DNA of 64,000 nt from an uncultured Gammaproteobacteria bacterium (GCA_964566225.1 CAZMHV010000001.1:85963-149962); one strand, 5' to 3'; shown: positions 48,950 to 59,446, numbered from the stretch's first letter. The notes: generated by a model from the sequence alone, not told the origin. Made by a program: numbers and translations.

Positions 48950-48985
48950 AGCCCTGGGAATTCCCGGGGCTTTATTTTTTACATA
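48950..48985 (+). terminator. Rho-independent terminator after the atp operon (agccctggg aattc ccggggct + T-run)
   Basis: Inverted repeat followed by ttatttttt. Confidence 0.65.
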
Positions 48986-48994
48986 CATGAAACT

Positions 48995-50632
48995 ATGCAG
49001 AATGTGATGAAAAACATAAAAGAAAATTGGAAATCAGGGATAACCGTGTCACTGGTTTCATTACCACTCTCGATTTCTCTTGCCGTAGCGGCCAATGCCA
49101 CACCAGTCATGGGTGTTATCACTGCTATTTGGGCAGGAATTTTTGCAGCTATCCTTGGTGGAAGTCACTTTAACATTGTGGGACCAACAGGTGCACTTTC
49201 TGGACTCTTGGCTACGTATGCAATTTTATATGGAGTGGGCGTACTTCCATTACTTGCTGTGCTCAGTGGTATTATTATTCTTTTATTTTTTGTATTTCAC
49301 ATCGACCGATATATTGTTTTTATTCCTTCAAGTGTTGTTCATGGATTTACACTGGGTGTTGCCTTTATCATTGCACTCAATCAGCTCAATTTTGCGCTTG
49401 GGCTCAAAGGTTTGACCGTTCATGAGAAATTTTTTGAAAATGTTTTAGAGTCTTTGAAACATCTGAGCCAAACAAGTTTTGTGGCTGTTGGTTTATTTAG
49501 TATTTCACTCATTGTTCTTCTTTTATTTACCAAGTTTGTCAAAAAAATTCCAGGAGCTATTGTGATTGCTTTTGTGGGTATCATACTCGGTATGCTGACT
49601 TCCAACGGAATACTCAATTTTCCACTCCAAACTTTGGCCACAAAATTTGGTGAACTTCATCCCACACTTGCGGCCTTGCCACACTTTACGAGTAGCATGG
49701 TAAACATGGATGTGCTCAAAGCTGCTTTTGCTGTGGCACTCATTGCAATTTTGGAAACCCTCATTTCTGGCAAGATCGCTGATGGTATGACCAAAACAAA
49801 ATTTGATCAAAGAAAAGAAGTGATGGGACTTGGTATTGCCAATATATTTTCTGGTATTTGTGGAGGAATCCCAGCCACGGCTGCACTTGCTCGTACCGCA
49901 CTGAACATCAAAAGCGGTGCCACTCATCGCACATCAGGTATCATCAATGCCCTCATGGTTGCCGTGATCGCGTTATTTTTGCTTCCGACCTTCAAGTACC
50001 TTCCACTTCCTATTGTAGCGGCTATTTTGGTGCATGTGGCCATCCGTATGATTGAAGCGGAACATTATAGCCACATGTTCAAACATGATCGATTTGCCTT
50101 TGGACTTTCACTCGTGGTGGCCCTCGTTACTATTGTGGAGGATCCAATTATCGGTATTTTGCTCGGTGCCACGGTTGCACTGCTGTATTTCGTGAATCAA
50201 CTGTCCAAAGCACAAACTGAAATCACCGTGAACAAAAATAAAAAAGTTGTGAGTCGGGTAGTGGGGGACGATGTGAGTCAAATTGAAAAGCTCAAAGGTG
50301 ATGTATTGGTCTATCGTTTTGCGGGACAAATGACCTATGTCAATGCACAGTCGCATATTCAGATGCTCAGACAAATAAAACATGCCAAAACATTGGTTCT
50401 GAGTTTTCGAAATCTTTTTTATATTGATGTGGATGGCATGGATAGTCTCGAAGAAATCATTGACGAACTCATGCAAAAAGATATGGACGTGGTATTGACC
50501 GGTGTGAGTCAAAATATTCTCCCTCAATTTATAAAAACAAAATGGTTCAAGGATCTTCAAAAGAAAGAAAAGGTATTTGAAAGCACTAGTAGTGCACTTA
50601 AAGAAATGGGATTTCACATACCAACTGCATAA
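48995..50632 (+). CDS. SulP-family anion transporter with a C-terminal STAS domain
   Basis: SulP TM core with a C-terminal STAS-like domain. 545 aa. Confidence 0.85.
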   Translation: MQNVMKNIKENWKSGITVSLVSLPLSISLAVAANATPVMGVITAIWAGIFAAILGGSHFNIVGPTGALSGLLATYAILYGVGVLPLLAVLSGIIILLFFVFHIDRYIVFIPSSVVHGFTLGVAFIIALNQLNFALGLKGLTVHEKFFENVLESLKHLSQTSFVAVGLFSISLIVLLLFTKFVKKIPGAIVIAFVGIILGMLTSNGILNFPLQTLATKFGELHPTLAALPHFTSSMVNMDVLKAAFAVALIAILETLISGKIADGMTKTKFDQRKEVMGLGIANIFSGICGGIPATAALARTALNIKSGATHRTSGIINALMVAVIALFLLPTFKYLPLPIVAAILVHVAIRMIEAEHYSHMFKHDRFAFGLSLVVALVTIVEDPIIGILLGATVALLYFVNQLSKAQTEITVNKNKKVVSRVVGDDVSQIEKLKGDVLVYRFAGQMTYVNAQSHIQMLRQIKHAKTLVLSFRNLFYIDVDGMDSLEEIIDELMQKDMDVVLTGVSQNILPQFIKTKWFKDLQKKEKVFESTSSALKEMGFHIPTA

Positions 50633-50703
50633 AAAATTATCCCCATTGAAATTTTATACAATACGATTTATAATTATTTATAGTTATTCTTAATTTATTT
50701 TCT

Positions 50704-50787
50704 ATGCAATGTGATGGATGCACTCAAGAATTTGAAGCCGTTTGTGGCAAATGTTTTATGTGTGATGCTTGCTGCAATTGTCAGTAG
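50704..50787 (+). CDS. Hypothetical 27-aa Cys-rich micro-protein (MQCDGCTQEFEAVCGKCFMCDACCNCQ)
   Basis: ATG-to-stop ORF found manually, below the ORF-track size cut-off. 8 Cys in 27 residues. It lies 100 nt upstream of the ABC exporter and has no obvious SD, though SD sequences are weak throughout this genome. Confidence 0.25.
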   Translation: MQCDGCTQEFEAVCGKCFMCDACCNCQ

Positions 50788-50893
50788 CACGAATACAAAG
50801 CACAATTGAAAGAAAAGGTCGCCCTGTGCGGCTTTTTTCTTTTCAAAATCACTTTTTTCTGTTACTATAGGAGAAATATTTGAACTATTTTGT

Positions 50894-52657
50894 ATGAAAC
50901 GTAAAACTCGTCTTACTATAAAAATATTTCTTGCACATGCTTGGAGATATAAGTCTGCCCTTATTTTCTTACTTTTGTGTATTGTTGCAGGAAGTATTAC
51001 GAACCTCACTATTCCATTTTATTATAAAAAGTTCTTTGACATTCTTTCGCAAGGTCCTTTTTCAGGTGATCGAGCCATGACGCTTCTTTCTGTCTTATGG
51101 ATGATTGCTCTTTTGCAAGTAGTTCAGTGGTTTATTTGGCGTGTTTCAGGGTTTATTGCCAACTATTTTCACCCTCGAGTTATTGCGGACTTGGCCAATA
51201 CGTGTTTTGCCTATTTACAAAGACATTCATTTTCCTTTTTCAATAATAGTTTTACTGGCTCACTGGTCAAAAGAGTAAAGAGTTTTTATCGAGCATTTGA
51301 CTCTATTGCTGAGCGTATTTTTTGGCAGTTGTTCACTTTGATAATCAATGTGACGTTCATTATGATTGTTCTGTTCAAAAAAGATATCGTGCTCGGTCTT
51401 ATTATGGCAGCATGGCTTCTTGTTTTTACCACAGCCAATTGGTTTCTCACCAACTACAAAATGAAATTTGAGCTACAAAAAAGTGAACTCGAATCAACGG
51501 CTAGTGGAATTTTGGCAGATACTATTACCAATCAATCCAATGTCAAACTCTTTAATGGCTATCAAAGAGAAGTGAACTTTTTTGGAGAGGCCATGGAAAA
51601 AGTGCGAAAAATTTCTAAATTTACCTATGACTTAGACAGTATTGCTGACGGTGTTCAGGGATTGCTTACCATTGCCCTTGAAATTGGTATGCTCTACTAT
51701 GCTATTTTGCTGTGGAAACAAGGGCAACTTTCTCTCGGTGATTTTGTTCTTATCCAAACCTTTTTGTTGCAAATTATCAATCATATTTGGGACTTTGGTC
51801 GCATGATTCGCAGTATTTATACAAACTTGGCCGAAGCAGAAGAAATGACTGAAATATTGGATACACCGCATGAAATACAAAATGCACCGGGTGCCAAAGA
51901 TTTGTATGTAAAAAATGGGCAGATCCAATTCAAAGATGTAGATTTTCACTATCATAGTACCAGACCTGTACTCAAAAATTTTAACTTGACCATTGCTCCC
52001 AAAGAAAGAGTTGCTTTGGTAGGACATTCAGGAGCGGGTAAATCTACGGTGATACGTATTTTACTTCGTATGCATGATGTGAGTAAAGGCAGTATTCTTA
52101 TTGACGGTAAAAAAATCTCATCGGTAACACAAGAAAGCCTCTGGCATAATGTTTCACTGGTACCACAAGAGTCAATATTATTTCATCGAACACTCCTTGA
52201 AAATATTCGTTATGGCAGACCAGAAGCAACCGACGAAGAGGTCATTGAAGCTTCGAAACTTGCGCACTGTCACGAATTCATTGACAGTTTGCCAGAGAAA
52301 TATAAGACGTATGTGGGCGAGCGTGGAATTAAACTTTCCGGTGGTGAACGTCAACGTGTGGCTATTGCTCGTGCTATTCTTTGTAACAGTCCAATTTTAG
52401 TTCTGGACGAAGCCACTTCTAGTCTCGACTCTGAATCAGAGATGTATATTCAGCAAGCACTTGAAAATCTCATGAAAAACAAAACTGTTATTGTCATTGC
52501 ACACCGTTTGTCAACCATTATGAAAATGGATCGAATTGTAGTCATGGATCAAGGCAGTGTTATTGAACAGGGAACTCACAAAGAATTGTTGACCAAAAAA
52601 TCTGGTATGTACAAACAGTTATGGGACTTGCAGGTAGGGGGATTTATTACTGAATAG
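50894..52657 (+). CDS. ABC transporter, fused permease/ATP-binding exporter (MsbA-like)
   Basis: Six N-terminal TM helices. Walker A GHSGAGKST, signature LSGGERQR and Walker B LVLDEATS. Confidence 0.9.
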   Translation: MKRKTRLTIKIFLAHAWRYKSALIFLLLCIVAGSITNLTIPFYYKKFFDILSQGPFSGDRAMTLLSVLWMIALLQVVQWFIWRVSGFIANYFHPRVIADLANTCFAYLQRHSFSFFNNSFTGSLVKRVKSFYRAFDSIAERIFWQLFTLIINVTFIMIVLFKKDIVLGLIMAAWLLVFTTANWFLTNYKMKFELQKSELESTASGILADTITNQSNVKLFNGYQREVNFFGEAMEKVRKISKFTYDLDSIADGVQGLLTIALEIGMLYYAILLWKQGQLSLGDFVLIQTFLLQIINHIWDFGRMIRSIYTNLAEAEEMTEILDTPHEIQNAPGAKDLYVKNGQIQFKDVDFHYHSTRPVLKNFNLTIAPKERVALVGHSGAGKSTVIRILLRMHDVSKGSILIDGKKISSVTQESLWHNVSLVPQESILFHRTLLENIRYGRPEATDEEVIEASKLAHCHEFIDSLPEKYKTYVGERGIKLSGGERQRVAIARAILCNSPILVLDEATSSLDSESEMYIQQALENLMKNKTVIVIAHRLSTIMKMDRIVVMDQGSVIEQGTHKELLTKKSGMYKQLWDLQVGGFITE

Positions 52658-52751
52658 TTTTTCGCATATATGCATTGCTGCGCAATCCATATAGGCTCAT
52701 TCGCTCAGGAATAGAAATGTAAGCATTTTCATTCCTTCACTCATTTCGCAT

Positions 52752-53453
52752 ATGAAATTACATAGGTTTATTGATAATTTTGACTTGAAACAAAAAGAAA
52801 TTACTATTACACCGTTTGAAATAGTCCATCAACTCACTCATGTGCTTCGTATAAAAAAAGGAGATCACCTAATTTTGTGTGATGGTGAAGGGAGTGAAGC
52901 TGAAGTTGAAATTGTGGATGTTGGTAAAACAGAGTTGCATGCAAAAGTTTGTAAACTGCATACGAGTATTGTTGAACCACGACATCAAGTAACTTTATAT
53001 GCTGCAATTATCAAAGGTGAGCATTTTGAGTTACTTGCCGAAAAAGCAGTTGAAGTAGGTGTCCACCGTATAGTACCTATTATTACTGCACGCACAGTCA
53101 AGTTGAATCTCAAACTTGATCGTATTCAAAAAATTATGAAAGAAGCGGCGGAACAGTCTGGCCGGGGGAGAGTCCCTGTCATTGATGAACCTCTTTCATT
53201 TAAAGAAGCCCTGGAAGAAAGTAAGGAAAATGATAAGAACTTTTTTTGTGACTTTTCCTCTACATCCTATTCATCTGCTCTTGTAAGTGATGTGGTAAAA
53301 ATTGGTTGTTTTGTTGGTCCAGAAGGTGGTTGGGATGACAAAGAGCGAGAACTCGCAACAAATAAATCTTTGGTACCAATAAGTTTAGGAAATTTTGTTT
53401 TTCGTGCAGAAACAGCAGGCATTATTGTGTCATATCTTTTTTGTCAGGAGTGA
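52752..53453 (+). CDS. rsmE: 16S rRNA (uracil1498-N3)-methyltransferase
   Basis: PUA-like N-terminal domain followed by the SPOUT knot region (GPEGGWDDKE). Confidence 0.8.
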   Translation: MKLHRFIDNFDLKQKEITITPFEIVHQLTHVLRIKKGDHLILCDGEGSEAEVEIVDVGKTELHAKVCKLHTSIVEPRHQVTLYAAIIKGEHFELLAEKAVEVGVHRIVPIITARTVKLNLKLDRIQKIMKEAAEQSGRGRVPVIDEPLSFKEALEESKENDKNFFCDFSSTSYSSALVSDVVKIGCFVGPEGGWDDKERELATNKSLVPISLGNFVFRAETAGIIVSYLFCQE

Positions 53454-53492
53454 GAAAATATGATATTATATATCTATATTTTTTAGTTTATT

Positions 53493-54140
53493 ATGAATAA
53501 AAAACCTTCATTTGTTTTATTGGTACTGGTATTTATTTTTTTACTGAGTCCAAGTATCGCCTTAGCGACTCCTCTTACTGGTGCCAATACTGATGTTGGT
53601 AAATATTTTAAATATGAAGTCGGAGATTTTTATTATGAAGATGATACTACCGATGCAAATGATGCTGACTCATCAAATACTGTTGCCACAAGTGGTTCTG
53701 ATGTAAACTGGTCAGATAATGGTAATACAAAGCATATCAGTATTGGGCATCTTACTTCTAAATTTACAAAAGTATATTTTAATGTAACTGGTACATCAAA
53801 TGATGGGGCTTCTGATTTAGGTATAAAATATTGGAATGGCTCATCTTGGGCAGACTTAACTTTGGATTCTCAAACACATCCATTTAATTCTACAGGTATT
53901 AATTCAATAAGTTTTAGTGCTCCATCAGATTGGGCTACAACCAGTGTAGGTGGAAGTACCGGGTATTATATTCGATTGCAAGGGACTGGTTTTGTAAATG
54001 CAACCGTAATTCAAGTTTCACTCTATATCGCCCCTGTCGTTTCTACTCCAGAATTTTCTGATTTTCTTTCTATTATAATTCTTGTTGGTGCCATCTATTT
54101 TATTCATCAAAAAATTCAAACTGGAAAAAGTTTTGCATAA
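53493..54140 (+). CDS. Secreted hypothetical protein with a PEF/PEP-CTERM-like C-terminal tail
   Basis: Signal peptide MNKKPSFVLLVLVFIFLLSPSIALA, a Ser/Thr/Gly/Asn-rich body, and a C-terminus TPEF-SDFLSIIILVGAIYFI-HQKIQTGK (motif, then a TM helix, then a basic cluster). Confidence 0.55.
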   Translation: MNKKPSFVLLVLVFIFLLSPSIALATPLTGANTDVGKYFKYEVGDFYYEDDTTDANDADSSNTVATSGSDVNWSDNGNTKHISIGHLTSKFTKVYFNVTGTSNDGASDLGIKYWNGSSWADLTLDSQTHPFNSTGINSISFSAPSDWATTSVGGSTGYYIRLQGTGFVNATVIQVSLYIAPVVSTPEFSDFLSIIILVGAIYFIHQKIQTGKSFA

Positions 54141-54191
54141 TCCATTCTGAATTCGCTGTCATAATATTAAAAACATATTGTAAATAACAAT

Positions 54192-55382
54192 ATGAAAATA
54201 AAACAAGTTTATCTCGGTACTTGGTTTCAAAGGACTTCTCTTCATCTCAAAGAATTGTTCCAATTTTTAAAGTACAAAAAGTTTGCGGTTGAACTCGATA
54301 AAAAACGAATGGAACACCTTTGGGAGAGTTTAAAAATAAAAGAAGTTGAATTTATTGGCAACAATGAATTTGATGAAGTTGTTGCTTATTGTCGGAATGT
54401 TATACTGTCTGTAACAGAGGATGGTATTATTCTCCTTACTACCGAAGAAAAAGATATAAAAAAAGCAAAAAAAATATTGGAATCTTTTTATACTGAGTTT
54501 TTGGCACCTGCGCTTACTTTTTTGTTTAGTAAAGGTGCACCACTTCCCAAGATACTTGATCAGGCAAGTGCGAGCTATCCACTCTTGTGTGTGACAGAAG
54601 GAGCCAAAGAGCGAGATATATTGAAATTGTACGAACAAAATAATGATGAACTTATCACTCGGCTGCAAGGAGGTCATTTGCAAGTTTGTTTGGGTGATGA
54701 GATAAGTATTTTTCAAATAGAAAAACCTCGCAAATTTTCTGTGGAACATACGCGAGAGTTGCTCCATTATGTTACTTTTTTTCGAGAATTTGAAAAACAG
54801 CTCAAAAAATATTTATTTCTTCACCGCACCATGTGGGAAGAAATAACTGCTATTCGTGAAGCCGAAGAAATGCTTTACAAAGATTTTCCACGTATTCGAG
54901 AACAAATTTTGCTGCATATGAAAACGCTTTCCTTTGTCAAAGCACGCCTTGCGCAAATGAAAGATATTATGCAGGAACGTGAACATACCATTGATCCGCA
55001 TATTAAAGAAGAACTCAAAAGTTTGGGATTGTTGAAATTTGATCATCTAATTGCGAATCAAAAATATATTACGCACTTGTGGCAAATGACTATTGAATAT
55101 GTAAAGAGTAGTCTGTCATTGCTCGAGTCATTGTACCAAGAAAATACCCAAAAAGAATTGAACGCTATCAAATTTATTACGTTTGGGGCACTGGTCACAG
55201 GTTTTTTTGGTATGAACATTGCTTTTCCGTGGGAAGATCGTTGGCTTGATGCCAAGTGGAGTTCGGTGGTGGTTATTTTTATTATCTTATCACTGATGCT
55301 GAGTTTCTATTATATTTTGAAAATTGCCATTTACAACCGAAATTTTTTGGTGAGCAAAAGAAAGTCGCTTCACGACGAATAA
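54192..55382 (+). CDS. corA: CorA-family divalent cation transporter
   Basis: C-terminal two TM helices with the GMN motif (FFGMNIAFPWED). The N-terminal cytoplasmic domain is divergent. Confidence 0.7.
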   Translation: MKIKQVYLGTWFQRTSLHLKELFQFLKYKKFAVELDKKRMEHLWESLKIKEVEFIGNNEFDEVVAYCRNVILSVTEDGIILLTTEEKDIKKAKKILESFYTEFLAPALTFLFSKGAPLPKILDQASASYPLLCVTEGAKERDILKLYEQNNDELITRLQGGHLQVCLGDEISIFQIEKPRKFSVEHTRELLHYVTFFREFEKQLKKYLFLHRTMWEEITAIREAEEMLYKDFPRIREQILLHMKTLSFVKARLAQMKDIMQEREHTIDPHIKEELKSLGLLKFDHLIANQKYITHLWQMTIEYVKSSLSLLESLYQENTQKELNAIKFITFGALVTGFFGMNIAFPWEDRWLDAKWSSVVVIFIILSLMLSFYYILKIAIYNRNFLVSKRKSLHDE

Positions 55383-55586
55383 TTTGTTTGAAAATGAACA
55401 AGGCCACGGCGCATTGAGTAGATTGCTCGCGCCGTGGTTTTTTTGTCTAAAATAAGCAAAAAACCATATATTATGCTGGGTTATGCCAAAACTTTGACAA
55501 AAAACCTCTTTTCGTGTATACTTATGACTTCTATTACCCACCAGAGCCTTGGCAAAGGAGGGTGAATTAACCCCTTGAGATTTTGT

Positions 55587-57380
55587 ATGCAAATCCGCAA
55601 CATCGCGATTATTGCGCACGTAGACCACGGCAAGACCACCTTGACCGATGCTTTGATGCGCCAAACTGGTATGGTGACTGATGCCACCGTGAGTATGGAC
55701 AGTAATGCCCTCGAGCAAGAACGTGGTATTACTATTTATGCCAAAAATGCTTCTCTTTTTTATAAAGATACCAAAATTAACATTGTAGATACTCCAGGCC
55801 ACGCAGACTTTGGATCTGAAGTTGAACGTGTACTTCGTTCTATTGATTCCGTATTGCTCATTGTCGATGCACAAGAAGGTCCAATGCCTCAAACTAAATT
55901 TGTTTTGAAAAAATCTTTGGAACTTGGTCTCAAACCAATTGTGGTCATTAACAAAATTGATAAACCTGCTGCTCAACCAGATGTTGTGCACGATCAAGTA
56001 CTCGAACTTTTCATGGATCTTGGAGCCAACGACGAACAGCTCAACTTCAAAACCGTGTATGCCATTGGTAAACTTGGTGTTGCCAAATTGAAACTCACCG
56101 ATGAATCAGACAACTTAAATCCACTGCTCGATACCATTCTCGAACACGTGCCACCAGCTCCTGCTGATACCACGGTTCCTTTCCGCATGCAACCATTTAA
56201 CCTTGGCTACGACAACTTTCTTGGTCGTATGGCTGTTGGTCGTATTTACGAGGGAGTTGTGAAAGTTGGTGATAAGGTAATTGTGAAGCAACCAACTGGT
56301 GAAACACGAAATGGTTCAATTACCAAAATTTATAACTTTAAAGGAACGAGTAAACAAGAAGTTCCACAAGCTGAAGCAGGGGATATTGTGATGATTGCCG
56401 GACTTCCAGACATTTATATTGGTGAAACTATTTGTCAAAACGCTGCTCAAGAAGCACTCCCAGCGATTAAAGTTGATGAACCAACTATTTCTTTGAGCTT
56501 TCTTGTCAACAGTTCACCATTTGCCGGCAAAGAAGGAAAATTTGTAACTAACCGTCAAATCAAAGAACGTCTTGAAAAAGAATTGGAAGTAAACGTAGGA
56601 CTCAAGATCGACTTTTCTCCGATTGATCACTATAAAGTTTTTGGACGTGGTGAAATGCACATTGCGATTTTGCTTGAAAACATGCGTCGTGAAGGATTTG
56701 AATTGCAAGTGTCTCAACCACAAGTAATTATCAAAGAAGAAAATGGTGAAAAATTGGAACCATTTGAAGAAGCCACTGTTGACGTTCCAACTGAATACAT
56801 GGGTGTGGTGATTGAAAAAATGAGTAAGCGCAAAGGAACCATGACTCACATGAATTCGACAGGCAACATGACTCGTATTATTTTTGAAATTCCAACTCGT
56901 GGACTTCTCGGTTACCGTGGTGACTTTATCATGGATACTCGTGGTGAAGGAATTTTGGCCTCACGTGTGATTGGATTCAAACCATATGTAGGAACTATTG
57001 AAAAACGTTCAGTAGGCTCAATGATTTCTATGGTAACTGGTAAAGCGCTTGGATATTCACTCTGGAATTTGCAAGACCGTGGAACTTTGTACATTGGACC
57101 AAACATTGATGTGTACGAAGGTATGGTGATTGGAAACACTGCCAAAGGTGAAGAAATGGGCGTGAACCCAATCAAAGGTAAGCAGCTCACCAACATGCGT
57201 GCTTCTGGTTCTGACGAAGCGTTGACTCTTACTCCACCACTCGAACTTTCACTCGAACGTGGTATGGAACTCATGACTGAAGATGAATACCTCGAAATTA
57301 CTCCAATGAGTATTCGTTTGCGTAAGATGTACCTCACTGAAGCCGATCGTGTACGCGCCGGACGAACAAAAAAATCATAA
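55587..57380 (+). CDS. typA: Translational GTPase TypA/BipA
   Basis: G-domain [13 protein letters not shown]...DTPGHADF...NKID, plus the BipA-specific C-terminal domain. Confidence 0.9.
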   Translation: MQIRNIAIIAHVDHGKTTLTDALMRQTGMVTDATVSMDSNALEQERGITIYAKNASLFYKDTKINIVDTPGHADFGSEVERVLRSIDSVLLIVDAQEGPMPQTKFVLKKSLELGLKPIVVINKIDKPAAQPDVVHDQVLELFMDLGANDEQLNFKTVYAIGKLGVAKLKLTDESDNLNPLLDTILEHVPPAPADTTVPFRMQPFNLGYDNFLGRMAVGRIYEGVVKVGDKVIVKQPTGETRNGSITKIYNFKGTSKQEVPQAEAGDIVMIAGLPDIYIGETICQNAAQEALPAIKVDEPTISLSFLVNSSPFAGKEGKFVTNRQIKERLEKELEVNVGLKIDFSPIDHYKVFGRGEMHIAILLENMRREGFELQVSQPQVIIKEENGEKLEPFEEATVDVPTEYMGVVIEKMSKRKGTMTHMNSTGNMTRIIFEIPTRGLLGYRGDFIMDTRGEGILASRVIGFKPYVGTIEKRSVGSMISMVTGKALGYSLWNLQDRGTLYIGPNIDVYEGMVIGNTAKGEEMGVNPIKGKQLTNMRASGSDEALTLTPPLELSLERGMELMTEDEYLEITPMSIRLRKMYLTEADRVRAGRTKKS

Positions 57381-57385
57381 TTAAA

Positions 57386-57421
57386 ACAAAAGCCCGCTGA
57401 TGAAACAGTGGGCTTTTGTAT
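57386..57421 (+). terminator. Terminator after typA (aaagcccgctg...cagtgggcttt + T-run)
   Basis: Inverted repeat with one mismatch, followed by a T-tract. Confidence 0.55.
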
Positions 57422-57503
57422 TCGTCAATTTTTTTGCTCAATGTTGACGAATTCTCTAGTTGTGGTAAGCTAAACATATATCAATTTATTATTAACTCTT
57501 TGT

Positions 57504-58004
57504 ATGGAACACCAAACACCAGAAAAACAAAAAACATCTGCCAAGGATTTCTTCTTGCATTTGCTCTCAATTGTGACACTCTATGTGAGTGCTATAGGTC
57601 TTGGAACCGTGTTGTTTCAAGTTATCAATTTATACATCCCAGATGTGGTTGGAAACAGTTATGATTATTATCCATCGGTTACCAATATTAAAGATACGCT
57701 TCGCAATGCGCTTTCACTTGTAATTGTATTTTTTCCTGTATATCTTGGTACGGTTATGTACCTTTCCAAAATGTATGCACACGAGCCACACAAACGTGAC
57801 CTTCGTGTTCGCAAATGGCTTATTTATTTTACACTGTTTGCTGCTATCATTATTATTTTATCATCACTTGCATCTCTTGTTCATACACTTTTGGGTGGAG
57901 AACTTACCAGTCGATTTGTTTTGAAAGTGCTCACTATTATGGGAATCTCTGCGGGAGTGCTGGGTTACTATGGTATGGATATCAAAAAACACGGAACAGA
58001 ATAA
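57504..58004 (+). CDS. Membrane protein, DUF5671-like
   Basis: 166 aa with four TM helices. Composition and topology match the CPR-typical DUF5671 family, but this is a low-confidence recall. Confidence 0.4.
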   Translation: MEHQTPEKQKTSAKDFFLHLLSIVTLYVSAIGLGTVLFQVINLYIPDVVGNSYDYYPSVTNIKDTLRNALSLVIVFFPVYLGTVMYLSKMYAHEPHKRDLRVRKWLIYFTLFAAIIIILSSLASLVHTLLGGELTSRFVLKVLTIMGISAGVLGYYGMDIKKHGTE

Positions 58005-58031
58005 TCCTTCAGAGTTTAATACAAAATTTAT

Positions 58032-58502
58032 ATGAAATATTTTTTTACTGCGTGTATTGTTTTTGTTGTATTTGCCCTAGGAGTTGGTTTGTATTTTTCG
58101 GGCACACCTGGCAGTGCACGCGCCGAACGTCTTGATGACGTACGCGTTTCAAACTTGGCAAGTATCCAAAATTCGATTTTGAGTTTTTATTCGTCTCAAA
58201 AGAAATTGCCTACAACCATGAGTGAAGTAGTCAAAATTGAAGTAGCCAATTTTTATACTGACCCAGAAACAAAAGTACTCTACGAATATACTAAAAAAAG
58301 TGATACAGAATTTTCACTCTGTGCTACGTTTGCCCGAGAAAGCATGCAAGAGAGCAGTCAATATCCCTACTATTATTCCGAAGCACAAATTTCTGGCATT
58401 GTTGGCAACAACAGTTGGAAGCATGCTGCTGGACGTGTATGTTTTGACAGAGTTGTCGATCCTCGACTTGTTGTGCCTTCACTGATGCCTGTGAAAGGGT
58501 AA
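58032..58502 (+). CDS. Hypothetical protein with an N-terminal TM anchor
   Basis: 156 aa with a single N-terminal hydrophobic helix followed by a soluble domain. Confidence 0.4.
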   Translation: MKYFFTACIVFVVFALGVGLYFSGTPGSARAERLDDVRVSNLASIQNSILSFYSSQKKLPTTMSEVVKIEVANFYTDPETKVLYEYTKKSDTEFSLCATFARESMQESSQYPYYYSEAQISGIVGNNSWKHAAGRVCFDRVVDPRLVVPSLMPVKG

Positions 58503-58514
58503 TTTAATTCCTGT

Positions 58515-59378
58515 ATGATCTCAATTCCAACAAAATCTGCTGGGAGTTTTTCTTTGCCTGTTTTAGGACTTGGCACCTGGCAAATGGGGGGGCGAACAGA
58601 AGTTGATGTAAATAACGATGATAATCGAGATGTACTGGGTATTATAAATGCTGTTAAACAAGGCATCACCCATATTGATACAGCCGAAAAGTATGCTGCT
58701 GGACATACCGAAGAAATTGTTGCTCAAGCACTTCAAAAACTTGAGAGACAACAAATTTTTTTGACCAGTAAAGTTGGTTCAGAAAAATTGAAGTATGATG
58801 ATTTAATTCGTTCGTGCCAAGAAAGTTTACAAAGATTGCAAACCAAGTACCTAGATTTATTTCTTATTCATGGATATAGTAAAACCGGCATAGCTCTGTC
58901 TGAATCCATGAGAGCCATGGACTTTCTTCTCGAAAATGAAATGGTCAAAAATATTGGGGTGTGCAACTTTCACATTCCGTATTTGCAAGAAGCCATGGCT
59001 GCGACCAAATATAAAATTGTAAATAATCAAATTCATTATAGCTTGATTGCTCGAGGCTATGAAGAAAATGGAACGCTGGATTTCTGCGAAAAAAATAATA
59101 TTTTGGTGACAGCATATCGACCCACGGCAAAAGGGGAGTTGGCGCAAAGCGGAAATGCAATTCTCGATGAACTTTCATTCAAATATAAAAAAACACCCGT
59201 GCAAATTGCTATCAATTGGGTGCTCAGTAAACCAAATGTGGTGACGATTGTAAAAACTTCTGATTCAGCGCATTTGCAAGAAGATCTGGGTGCGCTGGGG
59301 TGGAAACTGGAGAAAGAAGATGAAGAACGACTGGATAGAGATTTTGAGAGAGGGGAGACAATTTTACTTCCCACATAA
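58515..59378 (+). CDS. Aldo/keto reductase
   Basis: LPVLGLGTWQMGG N-terminus, catalytic tetrad context (D...Y...K...H) and the IDTAEKYA motif. Confidence 0.85.
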   Translation: MISIPTKSAGSFSLPVLGLGTWQMGGRTEVDVNNDDNRDVLGIINAVKQGITHIDTAEKYAAGHTEEIVAQALQKLERQQIFLTSKVGSEKLKYDDLIRSCQESLQRLQTKYLDLFLIHGYSKTGIALSESMRAMDFLLENEMVKNIGVCNFHIPYLQEAMAATKYKIVNNQIHYSLIARGYEENGTLDFCEKNNILVTAYRPTAKGELAQSGNAILDELSFKYKKTPVQIAINWVLSKPNVVTIVKTSDSAHLQEDLGALGWKLEKEDEERLDRDFERGETILLPT

Positions 59379-59385
59379 AACAAAA

Positions 59386-59446
59386 AACCACCTGGGCCTC
59401 CCCTCAATCTCTCAAAGAGAAACTAAGGGCAGTTTCAGGTGGTTTT
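59386..59446. terminator. Long-loop hairpin with 12-bp arms (aaaaaccacctg...caggtggttttt), possible bidirectional terminator
   Basis: 12-bp perfect inverted repeat enclosing a 34-nt loop that holds a small internal hairpin. A/T runs on both sides. Confidence 0.35.

Noticed and set aside
52658-52751. Direct repeat tttcgcatat(atg/gaa) and a near-palindrome gcattgctgcgcaatcc upstream of rsmE
   Set aside because: Short, imperfect and with no supporting context. Compatible with chance in AT-rich intergenic DNA.
55290-55997. 235-aa minus-strand ORF spanning the corA 3' end and typA 5' end
   Set aside because: It overlaps two strongly supported genes and the intergenic region, has junk-like composition and no motif.
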